Source: Takakia lepidozioides (lineage: Eukaryota; Plantae; Bryophyta). Taken from it: 64,000 nt of DNA. The position numbers and the translations under genes were made by a program. The stretch spans positions 56,730,001 to 56,794,000 of the forward strand of contig CM060734.1 in NCBI GenBank assembly GCA_030704615.1. Direction: 5' to 3'. Positions 1 to 12,358 of the stretch are shown here, piece by piece. The number at the start of each line of letters is the position of its first letter. Positions within the stretch are counted from its first letter, which is position 1. The notes beneath the pieces were generated by a model, which saw only the letters and a list, made by a program, of their open reading frames with translations, had not been told where the DNA came from and searched no databases.

Positions 1-153
1 CTGTTGATGGAAAGTATACTGACTAGATATCAATAACTGCAGTGAGACAAGAACCCTCTTCATGAATGTCATCTCTACCTGAAGCTCTCTTCCATGGATG
101 ATCATGCATGTGATGAGAATATTGATTTGACCCAAGGGATTGATGGCTACCAG

Positions 154-907
154 CTTGGCAGCAACAGACGTAAAGCCCATTTCTGGATTTCACCAATTTG
201 TTGAGTGGGTGAAGAAGCGGGGCTTGAGACGTGCTGCAGTGACCAATACCCCCCGTGAAAATGCGGAGCTAATTCTGAAGACCCTTGGCGTAGCTGATTT
301 TTTTGAGATTCTAGTGGTGGGGAACGAGTGTGAACGTCCCAAACCCTTCCCTGATCCATATTTGCAGGCTATCAAGCACCTTGGCATCGAGCCCAACGAA
401 GCTTTTGTCCTAGAGGTGAGTTTGCTTGGAATGTGACTACCTGAATTCATATGTTGCCAAGATTTACACGGTGCTACCATGCGGAGCCCCATCGCATAAA
501 AATTCGTATCTGAGAGATAAAACATGATGATGATAATGTAAGCTCACGAGCATGTATTTTTTGGGGAGAAAGAGTAAGAGTAGAAGGAAGGACTTCAAAT
601 CAGGGCTTCTCTGTACTTGAAAAGCTAAATCACAGGAAAACTACTCACAACGGGGCAATTCCTGCAGGACTCACCTTCAGGAGTTAAAGCAGGCGTGGCC
701 GCAGGGTCAGCAGCTGTGGGTATGTTAACAGGGCATCCTGGGCCACTTCTGGTATCCTCCGTTTTGATCGACGACTACAACGACCCTGCTTTGTGGGATG
801 CCTTGGGATATCCTTCCGATAAGCCCTCTCCACCAGCTCGCCCTCCAGCTCTGGACAACCCTCCAACTCCTGAAAACACCACTCCCTTGGTACAAGTAGT
901 TGCGTGA
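154..907 (+). CDS. HAD-superfamily (CbbY/Sgpp-like) sugar-phosphatase, last two exons (154-415, 668-907); 5' part lies upstream of the window
   Basis: AAVTNTPRENAE (motif II), CERPKPFPDPY (motif III) and FVLE|DSPSGVKAGVAAG (motif IV) are joined in frame by a GT-AG intron at 416-667; stop TGA 905-907. Confidence 0.88.
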
Positions 908-1074
908 GGCTCCCATGCTCCCCATCTCTGTATCATCACTCCATAGCCCACATCAACCTTTGCTTACATCTCTCATCTATGTCTGTGATGGTCAACACTA
1001 AAGTTACATTTAACTAACTCTCTTGCTATCCTTCCTACTCAAACCATATACTTATCAAACCTATCTTGACCTAT

Positions 1075-1280
1075 CTATTATTATTCTTATTCTTGTTATT
1101 GAAAGTGAAATACCAGGGAGTGACAGCTCACAAATCAGGCCCCTTAATGAGAGGAGAAAATAACTCTTTCAAAGTATCCTTCGCCGCGAGGCACCCACCC
1201 AAGATTAGACTATGCCTCACAAGGTAACACGAAGGACTCACCTGGGTGGCATCGGTGCTCTATCCAACTGAGCTACCAAC
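1075..1280 (-). mobile_element. tRNA-derived SINE, copy 1 (degenerate B box)
   Basis: Minus strand begins GGTAGCTCAGTTGGATAGAGCAC..GCCACCCAGGTGA. Body TTTTCTCCTCT..TTAAGGGGCCTGATTTGT..TCACTCCC..GTATTTC is shared with the copies at 15.3 kb and 42.2 kb. A-rich tail. Confidence 0.7.
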
Positions 1281-1289
1281 GAATTTGCT

Positions 1290-2110
1290 TAAAACTTTTT
1301 TTTCCAAAGGAAACCCTAGCCACAGCCATTGGGCCTTGAGGTGGGAAATTAACCCTCCTTCGGAATCATAGAAGCAATTTGCTCTCAAAACATAACAAAC
1401 AATTGCTCTCTTGCTTCTAGACTTTGAGAAAGCCTGTGACAGAGTTGAAAGGTCCTTTCTGATACCAAAGTAGGCCTTCTTCCTGGCTTTTGCAAATGTG
1501 TTCAAATCCTTCTCTGCAATTCTACAAACAAGGTCATAGTCATTGGCCATCTTTCCGTAGTTTTCTCTTCACGATCGCTCAGATAGGGTTGCTCCTTGGC
1601 CCATTATTACTCATTGTTGCGGATTCCCTTGGCTACATGCTACACACCATCCCCCATATCCATGGCCTTTAGGTCACCAACTATATTACCCAACAAAACA
1701 CAACCAAAGAGTCCATGTTTCTGTACGATACTATCCTAACATTGCAAGCCTCACAACTAGAAAACCTAGACAGAGTTGTTACAACCCTAAATAGCTTATG
1801 TTGTCCCTTCGACTTCAAAGTCAACTGGGGGGGAGACCTATGCCATTCTGACAAGGGACCACAATAAATCAACTCTGGGTTTAAACCCCATCAGGGCTTA
1901 AGATGGCTGAAACCAGGTCAACAACAACACTTTTAGGTTACACCAAAGTTTTACTCCAACCTTTGCTAAACTCAAAAACAAGTTAGCATTTTGAGGTTTC
2001 AAACATCTATCTATCATAGATAAAACTTTGGCAGCCAATTACATCATCTCCGCTAGCATTTGGTACTTCGCTTCCTCATGGAGACCAAACTCAGTCCAGA
2101 TCCAATCCAA
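1290..2110 (+). pseudogene. Decayed L1-type non-LTR retrotransposon reverse transcriptase fragment
   Basis: Broken frames read IALLLLDFEKACDRVERSFL (about 1402), RSLR*GCSLA..LLLIVADSL (about 1572) and LAANYIISASIWYFASSW (about 2028), matching the DFEKAYDRV / RQGCPLSP motifs of L1 RT. Many stops and frameshifts. Confidence 0.75.
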
Positions 2111-2445
2111 GGGTTTTAAACATAAGTCAAAAGGCTCACCATTTTGACTACTACATGGGAAGCATGGGGCTGTCAAGTTATTTCACCACTAGTGTGAAAT
2201 TAGCTAGGAAATAGCTAGCTTTTACATATTGACATTTGGGATTGGCCCAAGTGTTAATCCAGGGGTCAAGGCAGATTTAGGCCCTGGAGTGGTTATCTTC
2301 ATGGCAAGCATGGGAGACTCATCTTTCTCGAGTTGAGCCTCACCGCGCCTAGCTATGGCGTCGTAGTGTGGATTCCCCATGGCGTGGGGTGCACTTGGCT
2401 CGACTTGTATTTGAGTGATGAGTTTATATATGCATGAGTTTATGC

Positions 2446-3014
2446 TGTCAAGGACAAGAACATGACTGAACACAAACAAGATATCAAACTAGAGGTACAA
2501 GACTAGGCAAGAAGTCAAGGTCGGCGTGGCCGTATGCACGATGAGTAAATAGAAATCAAGGCAATCTTTATAACAATGAACAAGGGTACAAGATATTGGA
2601 ACACGACTTGAATACTAGAATGCTGGAAACTGGACTAGAGTACCAGATACTGGAAACTGGGCTAGAGTATTGGGAACTGGATTGGAGTACTGGGAACTGA
2701 AAACAAGAGTATCTTGAACTGGTGTTGGCGAGACTGAAGAGTGTCCAGTCTCGCCTCCTATGGAGGTTGCTTGTTGGAGAAGTTTCCAAGATTAAACAAA
2801 GGTTTCTTGATAGAGAAGCTTCCTTAAACAAATGAGATATCTTGATGAAGAAGTTTCATTCAAAGGAAGCTTCCTGAGCAGTTTCCCAAGTTACTTTTGA
2901 TAATTTGGTAAACTCCCGGTAACTTGGTAAATAATGGTAACTTTCGGTATCATGGTAACTTGATAACTTCTTCTATTTACTCCTGGTAAGTTCCTCTAGG
3001 CTATGTCCAAGACA
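2446..3014 (-). repeat. 3' LTR (about 569 bp) of the Ty3/Gypsy element
   Basis: Ends TGTCAAGGACA (2446) and TGTCCAAGACA (3014) form a 9/11 inverted repeat with TG..CA termini. A polypurine tract GAGGAGGGGGTGA abuts it on the minus strand (3015-3027). Internal short tandem units such as CTGGAAACTGG at about 2623-2700. Confidence 0.75.
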
Positions 3015-3069
3015 TCACCCCCTCCTCTAGCGCCGAATTCCTCGAGAAGCGGTAAAATCTTGGACTTAC

Positions 3070-3627
3070 TTAGAGTTGGAGAAAATCCAAAATCCGGCGA
3101 ATGGTATTTGCCAAGTATTCGGCTCTTCGTTCTTGACTCAAATGATTTATAGGTCCCTGCAACCATCGATAGTGTCCAGCACCTTGAACTTGGGACCTCG
3201 CAGTGATTTGAGCATTCTGATTTTCGAAGCTGCCTTCAAACATGATTTCGTTGCCTTCTAGGTCCGAAGCCTCAACCTCCATCAGAATTATCAGACTTCG
3301 AGTAGGCTCCATTTGCCGTTGTACGGGGTCCAGACGAGGAAGTACGCGTCGCATTGGTGGCCCATCGTCTCGAGAGCGTCGACGTGATGTTGAAGGTCGT
3401 GAGAGTCGAAACGGCTGATCTGGTAGTTGGGTAAGCGACAACTCCAATGTATCTGGTTCATGTGACTCCATACTGCCAATACAAGATGCAAGAGTGCTGG
3501 AAGTGTAGCTATATATACTGATGTGTGGTGTTCCTCCCTCCTTAGCGTGTATCAGGTACATTGAATGTGGAGTCTTCACCTTGAAGCTAATTTGGCTGAC
3601 ATCATCGTTGTAACGTCTTATTGACAT
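3070..3627 (-). CDS. Extra 185-aa ORF of unknown function inside the retrotransposon, between pol and the PPT
   Basis: Uninterrupted ATG-started ORF in the same sense as pol. The ATG (3627-3625) overlaps the presumed ancestral pol stop (3620-3618), and the ORF ends about 40 nt before the PPT. Confidence 0.5.
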   Translation of the reverse strand: MSIRRYNDDVSQISFKVKTPHSMYLIHAKEGGTPHISIYSYTSSTLASCIGSMESHEPDTLELSLTQLPDQPFRLSRPSTSRRRSRDDGPPMRRVLPRLDPVQRQMEPTRSLIILMEVEASDLEGNEIMFEGSFENQNAQITARSQVQGAGHYRWLQGPINHLSQERRAEYLANTIRRILDFLQL

Positions 3628-5160
3628 GTAGCTCCGGGCTTAGCTGGATATTGTTAATGAAACTCTTGGACTTTGTTAGAGGCATTAACGAGGTTGGATG
3701 AAGGTTCCCACGTTCGTTCGCTGATGTCGTAGTCTTTCCAATGTACAAAATACTCAAGACGTTTATACTTGATGCGAGAGTCTAGGACTTCGTCGACTTT
3801 ATACTCAATTTCTTGATTGACTTCGATTGGTGGAGGTGGTACGAAAACTCTCCCTGGAATATTCGATGGATGATACAACTCCAACAATAAAACATGAAAG
3901 ACTGGATGGATGCGCATACTTCGTGGGAGTTCAAGCCGAAAACTGACCGGATTTATTTGTCGAATAATTTTGAATGGTCCTAGGCGTTGATAATCCAACT
4001 TCTTTGATGGTCGCGAGGTTTGTATGTCCCGTCGAAGAAACCACACACAATCTCCGACCTTGAACTGGGGTTGGAGTTGACGACGTTGATTTGCATACTC
4101 CTTGTATTGTTTTTGAGTTTCTGCGAGGTGAAAAGTAAGCTCCTTGTGAATCGTAGCAAGATGAGTAGCAAGGTTTTCTGCAGCAGGGCTTCTAATAGTC
4201 TTCATGTGGAATGGGTTTGCTCGAGGATGATGACCATAATTGGAGAAAAATGGAGTTTGCTTGGTCAAAGAATGTACAGTGTTGTTGTAGGCTAACTCAG
4301 CCAATGACAGAAGGTCTGTCCAATTATCTTGGTGATAATTTATCATACAACGAAGATACTGCTCCAAAATCTGGTTTACACGTTCGGTTTGACCATCAGT
4401 CTGTGGATGATTAGCTGTAGAGAGGTTGATCTTAGTATCCAATATGTGAAATAATCCCCTCCAGAAATTTGATATGAACTGTGGTCCTTGATCAGGTATG
4501 ATGTCCTTCGGGAGTCCATGAATGCGGTAGATATTATTGAGGAAGAGTCTTGTAGTTTCCTCGCCGGTAACCGTCTTATTTCATGGAATGAAATGTGTCA
4601 TCTTCGTAAAACGATCTACAATAACAAGGATTGAATCGGTGGTCTTGGAAATTGGAAGGTCCGTAATAAAGTCCATAGACACGGACGACCATGGACCCTT
4701 AGGAATGGATAATGGTTGAAGAAGGCCGTAAGGTCGATGTCGTGGTCCCTTCGCTCTAACACACGTGTCGCAAGATTTTATAAATTCTCACGAGTTTCTA
4801 CATCTGTGGCCACCAATAGTCCCTGGATATCAATTCCATAGTTTTGTTGAAACCGAAATGTCTTGCAGCCGGAAGATCATGACATGTTTGAAGAATTCGA
4901 AATCGTATAGGTCCTAGAGGTACATAAAGAAGTCCCTTGAAATAAAGTAAGCCATCTTTGAATTCGAAGTCGTTTGTAACATGTGGGTTGTCTCGAGGTC
5001 GATTTAGTTGATTTCGTAGTGTCGTAGCAAATTGGTCGTTCTTCAGTGCTTCTTGAATCACCTTTATGATCTCTGCATTGTCATAGGTGGATATGGATAG
5101 CATATTCAAATGGAGATTTGCTGGTTTCAAGATGATGGATTTTTGTTGGTCACTTCCCAA
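3618..5160 (-). mobile_element. Ty3/Gypsy chromovirus (Tcn1-like) pol remnant: integrase (HHCC, DDE, GPY/F) plus chromodomain; 5'-truncated, with premature stops
   Basis: CHDLPAARHFGFNKT..YWWP, SMDFITDLP, IVDRFTKM, HPQTDGQTERVNQILEQYLR, KLDYQRLGPF and chromodomain EYKVDEVLDSR..LEYFVHWKDYDISERTWEPSSNL. In-frame stops near 4798, 4583 and 3654. No gag, RT or 5' LTR in the window. Confidence 0.93.
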
Positions 5161-5639
5161 ACAAAAATTGGAATGTTATTAGTTGAGCATCGGTTTGGAT
5201 CAAGACCCGCCCAACAAAAATCTCTGTGTTTCTTTGGCAAAAAACAAATATAGTGCTAAAGGTAGATGAGTGGCTTGAATTTCAAGATGCTATTCTATGC
5301 AGCTGTTGCACCTCGAGCATCATGGAGTCATTCGAACATTGTTCATTACACTGCCAAAACCCCCCCCCCCCCCCGATCAAGGGATCTCATGCGACAGCTC
5401 TTCAAAGATCATCAACAGCCGCCACCATCCACCGCTCTGCCTAAGTTTGAGCGTGAAATCAACTGGAGGCATGTCAAGCCTGCCAAGACTTCACAACTTC
5501 ACTTTCGTTAATTAGTTCTCATTTGCTAGTCCTTAGTCATGTTCATGGGCTTTTATTGGGCCATGCCTTAAGGCAAAGACTTCGCATTCGTATAGAAAAT
5601 ACTTATAGTACAACTAGCTTAAAGCTAAATAGTTTGGAT

Positions 5640-6720
5640 TTGAAATAGGTAGTCCATTTTAGACTTACGGAGGTTGTGCCATAATTTTATTTTATTTTAT
5701 TTTTGGAAAAAGGGGATGAAACCCTTGAGAGCTTTATTACAGCAAAGAACGGACGGGAAAAAAAAACTCGTTACAAAAATAAGGAAGAAAGGGGATCGTC
5801 AAAGGGTCAAAGCACACTAATATGACCCAAAAAAAATGTCACAAACTGTTTTCCAGCACATTTGGCGCAATCGATCCAAATTTAGGATATCGAGTTCAGT
5901 ATGAAACCATAGACACATTATATCATTGGAAAGCCCTTGAAGTTCTTGTCATGCCCATATAAATTGTTTTGTGATTTGACAAGGTTAAGAGGTCCTAAAT
6001 GAGTCTTGAATAGCACAAGGTTCAAATGTCCCAAAAATGTTGTAGTCCTTTAGGATTCATTTTCACACCCAGTGAAGGTCCTATCAGGGATTTTCATGTG
6101 CTTATGTAAGATATGGAAGAAAGCAAAAAAGATAGTAGATCTGCAAAACCGGGAAAATCCATTATCATAGGAATTTTCTACTACGCGATATGTATAACTT
6201 AGAGGCACCAAACTTTGGTACTACTAAACCTCAAAATTTGAACATAGTTCTTTCCCCAAAAGTGTTTAGCTACTGAAAAGGAAGAAGACCATGTCCTTGA
6301 AATGGCTACAAGGTCCTCCAATTTTGAATTTGAGGCCAAAACGAGTTCTTACAAATAGTGTGTCATTCATTATAAATTGTTTTAAAATTAAAAATATATC
6401 AAATAAACTCCTAAAAATTATACGAGCATCTGCAGCACTGAAGTAGGCATCAAACACACCAACCCGGCTTGGATGCGATGAGGGAAAAACAAATGGTGGT
6501 AAAATGGAAGTCAAGTTAGTATCGTAAACTCAAAATTAGTGGTGTATGAGCAAAATTGGAGGTGTACAAGAGTATTCGATGGATGGGGTCGAGGTGCCCA
6601 CTATCATCTGTAAATTTCATCACGTTTTCATCGCAACATGTCATGTCCACCAGCCAGTAGTCAAAATTTAGTATTTTTCAGGAGTGTTAGTGGTACACAT
6701 CAACATGCTGTCGCCCCAAA
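5640..6720. repeat. AT-rich non-coding segment, probably a non-autonomous DNA-transposon remnant
   Basis: No credible ORF. Composition and motifs such as ATATCATTGGAAAGCCCTTGA resemble subterminal regions of plant DNA elements; termini and TSD not identified. Confidence 0.25.
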
Positions 6721-7381
6721 GGCTAAGGGCCAGTGTGAAGCAGAGGCCGCCAGAAGTCCAAACTAAAAAGCTAGATGAGCTTTGATCCTGTCAGCATTAT
6801 CCTTCTTGTGACGCCAATTGATGTCGCACTCCTCACCCTTAGGCTGAGGGCTGCCATTCCCAGGGAAGATAATTTTATAAGAGACGCCTTAACATAACTG
6901 CCCATTCTAACGTACCATACACCATCAAAACAAAGCTGATTTTGGGGAATCATGTAGATGACCAACATTTGAATTCATTGAAGATCACCAACCATATATT
7001 TACTCAATGCGGTTCACATGCCTCCATACACTCTACTAACCTCTACATGCATTGAAGCTGATATCTGAGTCCTAGGGAAGACAATCTCATGTAGGTCTCA
7101 AACCTAATCTTGCCTAGTGGACCTACTCGGAGATGGCGGATATTGGGCATCTATCTAAGAGTTTATGCAAAGGTAGCATACCAGCCATATATGGGATCTA
7201 TCGTAGTGGTACCCATTGATCAAGTTTCTTGACCCTCGAGATGATAACCTTGTTGATAGCCAGTTTGACCATCCATAACTGGCCAACGGTAGTATGAACC
7301 ATCATATCATAGAAAATTATGATAATTTTATAAAGTTATTTAATAACTTTGTTGAAGGCAAAGAATGGTGCATTAGTGAGG

Positions 7382-10300
7382 CTACAAATTATGAGATGCA
7401 ACTTGTTTGTTTACATGGGCAACTGTGGCAGCCAAGAGAGGGCCGGCAAGAGCAGCTCTAGAAAGAATTTCTAACTCAAGCCCAGTTAAGGGTGTAGCTG
7501 TATGCGTGGCAATACACATTGAAACATCAGAGAGGCAGTATCCGTGGGCGATTACTTGTTCCGCCCTCCAAAAGGAGATGTCAAAAAATAGAGCTTCTCG
7601 CTCAATATCTCTTTGTCGCTTTCGAACACCTTCTCTTAGCCGTTCACGACGAGCTTCTCTTTCTTGTTCTGTTTCCACTTGACTTTGTGTTTCTCTTCGC
7701 ATCTCTCTAACTCTTCGTCCTACACGTTCTCGCCATGTCTCTCTCCACGGAGTCTCCCCGTCTGCCATTCGATCTTCAAGGCCAAGTACCCTACAACAGC
7801 CACATGCACATTCAGTGTATCCTTAAACTATTAGAAAGTAGAGAGGATGTCTATATTCGAAAACAAATCAGAATCAAATGAGATGTCTATGCAATCTTAC
7901 CCGAGTTCGGCTCGGGTCATTCGTTCTCTCTCTGTTTGCATGTCACCCGCACTCCTAAGTTGTTCACCATTTTTGTCCTTTCTATGCATCCAACCCAAGT
8001 AGTGTCCATTCTCTCTTATGCGTCTTTTACCCCTACCTCTATGCCGCTCAATTAGACCATCATCTTTGTATTGCTTGTTTGAGCTACTCTCTCCATGATG
8101 TGATGACATAGTAGGCCGCCAAAATCCATCTATATCTCCAATACCCCCAATATCTTGTTTACAACGAACGTTTGCATTAATTGTATGTGAGGTATGCATA
8201 ATTTTTCGCAACTCCAGATCTCCAGTTTTGAATTGGTTGGGGAATGTAGTTAATGGGTTTTGAGGATTTGAGGTCTCACCTTGTATCTGTTTCAAACATT
8301 TCCTATTTAAATGCATTAGAATTTGTGAGAGAGAGATGATGCCAACCGGAGTTAGCGCAAAAAAGATCATTTTTCCATTTGCTAGTACTGCCCATTTTCA
8401 AGGGTGGCTCTAGCAATAATTTAATATTGTGATAGAAAATCATAAAAACTTATGGCGAGTAGGTCTTAATGACAATGTTTATACATTTGTCAATGTTTTC
8501 AAAATAACATATTTCAAATTTTGCTTCAATTGAGTAAGTTTCGGCATGTATACCAAAAATTTATGAAAGTTTATAAGTTACAAATTCGATAATATATGTT
8601 TATGTACTTGTTTTGGAATTACCTGTTTAACCATGGGACCTTCAGAGGTACTATTAGATGTATTTCCTCCAAAATTCAAGCCGGATACCTCCATAAGATT
8701 ATTATTTGCTCGAAATTCCACATTTAAAGCTTTAGAAAAATCTGAGTTTTCTTCTTTACTTGAACAAAAAGCTTCATTGGCACTCACTATAAAGTCTCCA
8801 CCCCCTACAATGTCATCTTTCTTTCCATTTTTTTCGACTTTGGGTCCATTCAATTCGGTCTTCTTAATAACATTTTCATCTTTTGTTGAACGTTGACTTT
8901 CACCTCTATTGCGAGAGCTTCCAATTCTAAGGGCACGATCACCTTCCCTTCGTTTCAAAGCATCCGCACGTAAACCTCGCTTAAAAGAATATTTGCCAGC
9001 CAATCCCATCTTCCCCTCCTTAGCCATGGATATGTCCCCAAATTTCCAACTCCTCCGATGACCTAAAGGCTTAATATTAGAGCTAGAGCTTTCAAATCTA
9101 TTTTGTTTTCTTTTCCCTTTTGCACTAGAATTTGTTGATGTTGTCTTTCCATTGGCCTTTAGATTTCTAACAAGTGTTGAAGAAATCTGTTTGCTTTCTT
9201 GCCTTGTTTTTTCAGCTGCTAATCGTTCCTTCTCAATATTCTCTATTTCTTCACGCTCTTCTTCTTCTTTCAAACTATCTAATGAATCAAAGCTTCGGGA
9301 TCGTCCAAGTTCTCTAATGGTCCTCCATGTTGAAACATCATTTTCTATTTCCAAAGAACCAACCTACAAACATTTTTTTTATGAATCATTACATAGATAT
9401 ATAGTAATAATAATTTGTAGGATATTACATTCATGTATACATAATGATATGTGGTGTATATTAAAGTATACGTTATGCAATATTACATAAATTGATAAAA
9501 ATAAATAAACGCAATGCTCAATAAATATCAGCTTCAACAATACTATAGGCTAACCTGTAGATTTTTGTTGATGTCCTCTTTATTAGATAATGAAATCGTT
9601 GACATACAAATATCGTCATCTCCTAACTTATTTGATTCAATAGCAAAGTTATTGGCTTTTGTATCTGATGACAATGAATTTTCCATCAAAGAGCCCGCAA
9701 TACCTGTCATATATATTCAAGATTTATGCATGAAAATAGAAATGTTGATTTGTCCAACCCAAAATTAATGGCGTACATGCATCAACATTGTCAAAATTGA
9801 CAAAGTTTGAACAACTTGTTTGATTACTATGTTCACCTTGAAAATGATTGGTTGATATTGTTTCAAATACTCCCAATGTTTGTGAGGGTTGACCTTTGGT
9901 TCCAAAGTCAAAATTTCCCCCTTGTTGAAGTTGTTTACTTTCCCTCATTTTCTCTTGTCCATGATCCACAAAACTTTGGCTTTTGTTAACTGACCATCCT
10001 TGGAAAGTAGGTATATCATCTGAAATTTGATCTCCAATATTATTTCCATAGTTTTGTCCTCTTTGCATAGTTGGTCTTTGTGTGATAATACCTATGTCAA
10101 AATTGGAGTTAAAAGGTACACAAGCCCAACAAATATCATCTTTATCATTAACCCTAAGTGTTTTACAGTTCTCACAATTTGGAATGATTTGATCAATACA
10201 AGGACTAGATATAATACTAAACACCGTTGAAGATTTTTGTTGTAAAATATCAAATTCATTTTCATTGGTGTTGCGTACATATGACAAAAAGGTAATATTC

Positions 10301-12358
10301 AATGAGCTTAAAATTTGGGTATTATCACCTTCATTTACTTCAACATTTCTTGAAGAACCTTCTCCCATGTCCCATTGGGTGCTTAAATATGTTGGCCATA
10401 TATTTGAGTCACTATTAGGTAATGACATTGATACTTCTTGGTTTGATCCACATGAATTATCCACACCTTCTGCTATTATTATGTCTTCTTTCAAATATTT
10501 TCCTTTATAATCTTTTGCAATTACATTATCATTCCAATTTTTGTTTTGAAAAAACTTGGATATCGTCCCATCTTGGTCTTCATATATTTGATTATCTGTT
10601 TCAACCTCATGATAAATGCCCTTCCCTTTTTGGTTGGTAGTACATTTTTCTTTGTCTATTTCCACGTATCTTTCTTGCAAATAACTTCTTTCCACAAGAT
10701 CAATTTTTTTCCCAATATTGAACGGCCTGAAATCATTGACTTGATCACAAACTGTAGTTGTATCATTTGACAAGTTTGTTTCAACAATTTTATTTGGTTC
10801 TTGCTCAACACAAGTCGAACGCTCAAGTTTTTGTTGTCCATAATTGTAAAAAGTTGACCTACTCTCTTTATCTCCAAAGTTGTTTTTCCCTTGACCAAAT
10901 CGAACATCAAGATTTTCGAACAAATCTCTTCCAATTGTGCAGTTTTCTTCACAACCTCTTCCATTTTGCTTTATCAAACCTACATTTTCTTTCAATTCTT
11001 GAAGTCGTATCTCTTGAATTTGTTGTTCCCTCATGTGAATAGTCACACTCTCTACCATATCTACAAGTAAAAATCTTTTCAACTTTTTAAAACTATTGAT
11101 GAACTCTGGTATCGAGTCACGAAACTCATCTAACCCTTGTACAATAGCAAAGACGATTACCGGGACCATCCTCTTGAGTACGTCGTTGCTAGGAGCAATA
11201 ACTTGTCGAAGGTTAAAATCTGGCAAACCTTGACTATCATGCCCAAAATGTGATATGTCATCGTGCAATAACGTTTGTTCTTCTAGCACTCTTCTACCTA
11301 TATTATTTGATGTATTTACATCATTTTGATGGTTTGTGGTAGCACCATAAATCGACAACCTATTGTCATTCCCTCCCCCAAGCATGGAAGGAACTAATAT
11401 ATTTGACTGATTTACATTTCTACTTGATCCAAACTCTTGTAGGAGAGAATTTGAAACCGTTTCCGATGTATCGGTGGCCCTCAATGTGAACACACATGTG
11501 CCGTTTTCTGCTTGTACATTGAAGTCCAGATTTGAAGTTTGTATTGTATTTTCTAATCTTCTTGTAAGTGGCTGATCTTGAGTCAACCTACACTTACAAA
11601 AAATGGATTATCAACGTCCCATAAATGAAACTATCATGCATGTCATAATTATATCAATCCAATTACATGAGATCAGTTAGTAATATTAAGTGATTACATG
11701 AAAATTTTTATTCACACTTAAAAACTGATACAATAAAATATTGATGTGTATAATCAAATGAAAAATATGACAAAATTTGCAAACACCTTTCATCACCAAT
11801 TAAATTGCGACCATTTACATTGTTGATGTCAAGTACAGTCGATTCAGTTGGAAGTCTAGATTGTTCTACCAACATTTCATTATTGCACAATAGTGTCATA
11901 TCTTCATTTTGTCGAGATTGTATCACGTCCGCCTGTATATCATGCTTATTGGGTTCTCTAGAAAAACGTGAGGCCCCGAGTGCACAATCAAACTCTGAAA
12001 AGTCTCCTGATTTTGCAGCCATAAATACAAATTTTTCCACCGCAGCCCCAATTTCAGCATACCGCATACATCGAGCCCATGAAGGTGGCTCATCTTTTGG
12101 TTGGCCAACTCGAACAATGAGAGACTCCAGGGCATGAAACTCCTTTATCATAACGTAAATCGCTCTAAGTTTTTGATCATACGAAGAAAAATGACCTGGA
12201 CAAATTATGGATAAAGATGATACACGCATTGCTTGCTCTCTAAATGTTTTGGAAACTGACATACACCGAACTAGTGATTTACAATCTGAAACAGCTGCAA
12301 AAATAAGTTGAAATACTTCATCTGGAAGTTTGTCAAATGGATCTATTATCTCTTCCAT
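7382..12358 (-). CDS. F-box protein of the AUF1/At4g18380-like family, expanded to about 1350 aa; about 6 exons (12358-11787, 11587-9777, about 9703-9555, 9363-8623, about 8286-7901, 7790-7382)
   Basis: N-terminal F-box DPFDKLPDEVFQLIFAAVSDCKSLVRCMSVSKTF; middle block LKRMVPVIVFAIVQG..LKRFLLVDMVESVTIHMREQQIQEIR; C-terminal block ISFWRAEQV..GYCLSDVSMCIA..ALAGPLLAATV. GT-AG junctions keep frame (DER|LTQ, DA|CIAG, NLQ|VGSL, ELG|VLG). The fifth-exon acceptor is least certain. Confidence 0.8.

Noticed and set aside
2222-2479. 85-aa ORF beside the LTR
   Set aside because: It crosses the LTR boundary and has no recognisable motif; probably chance.
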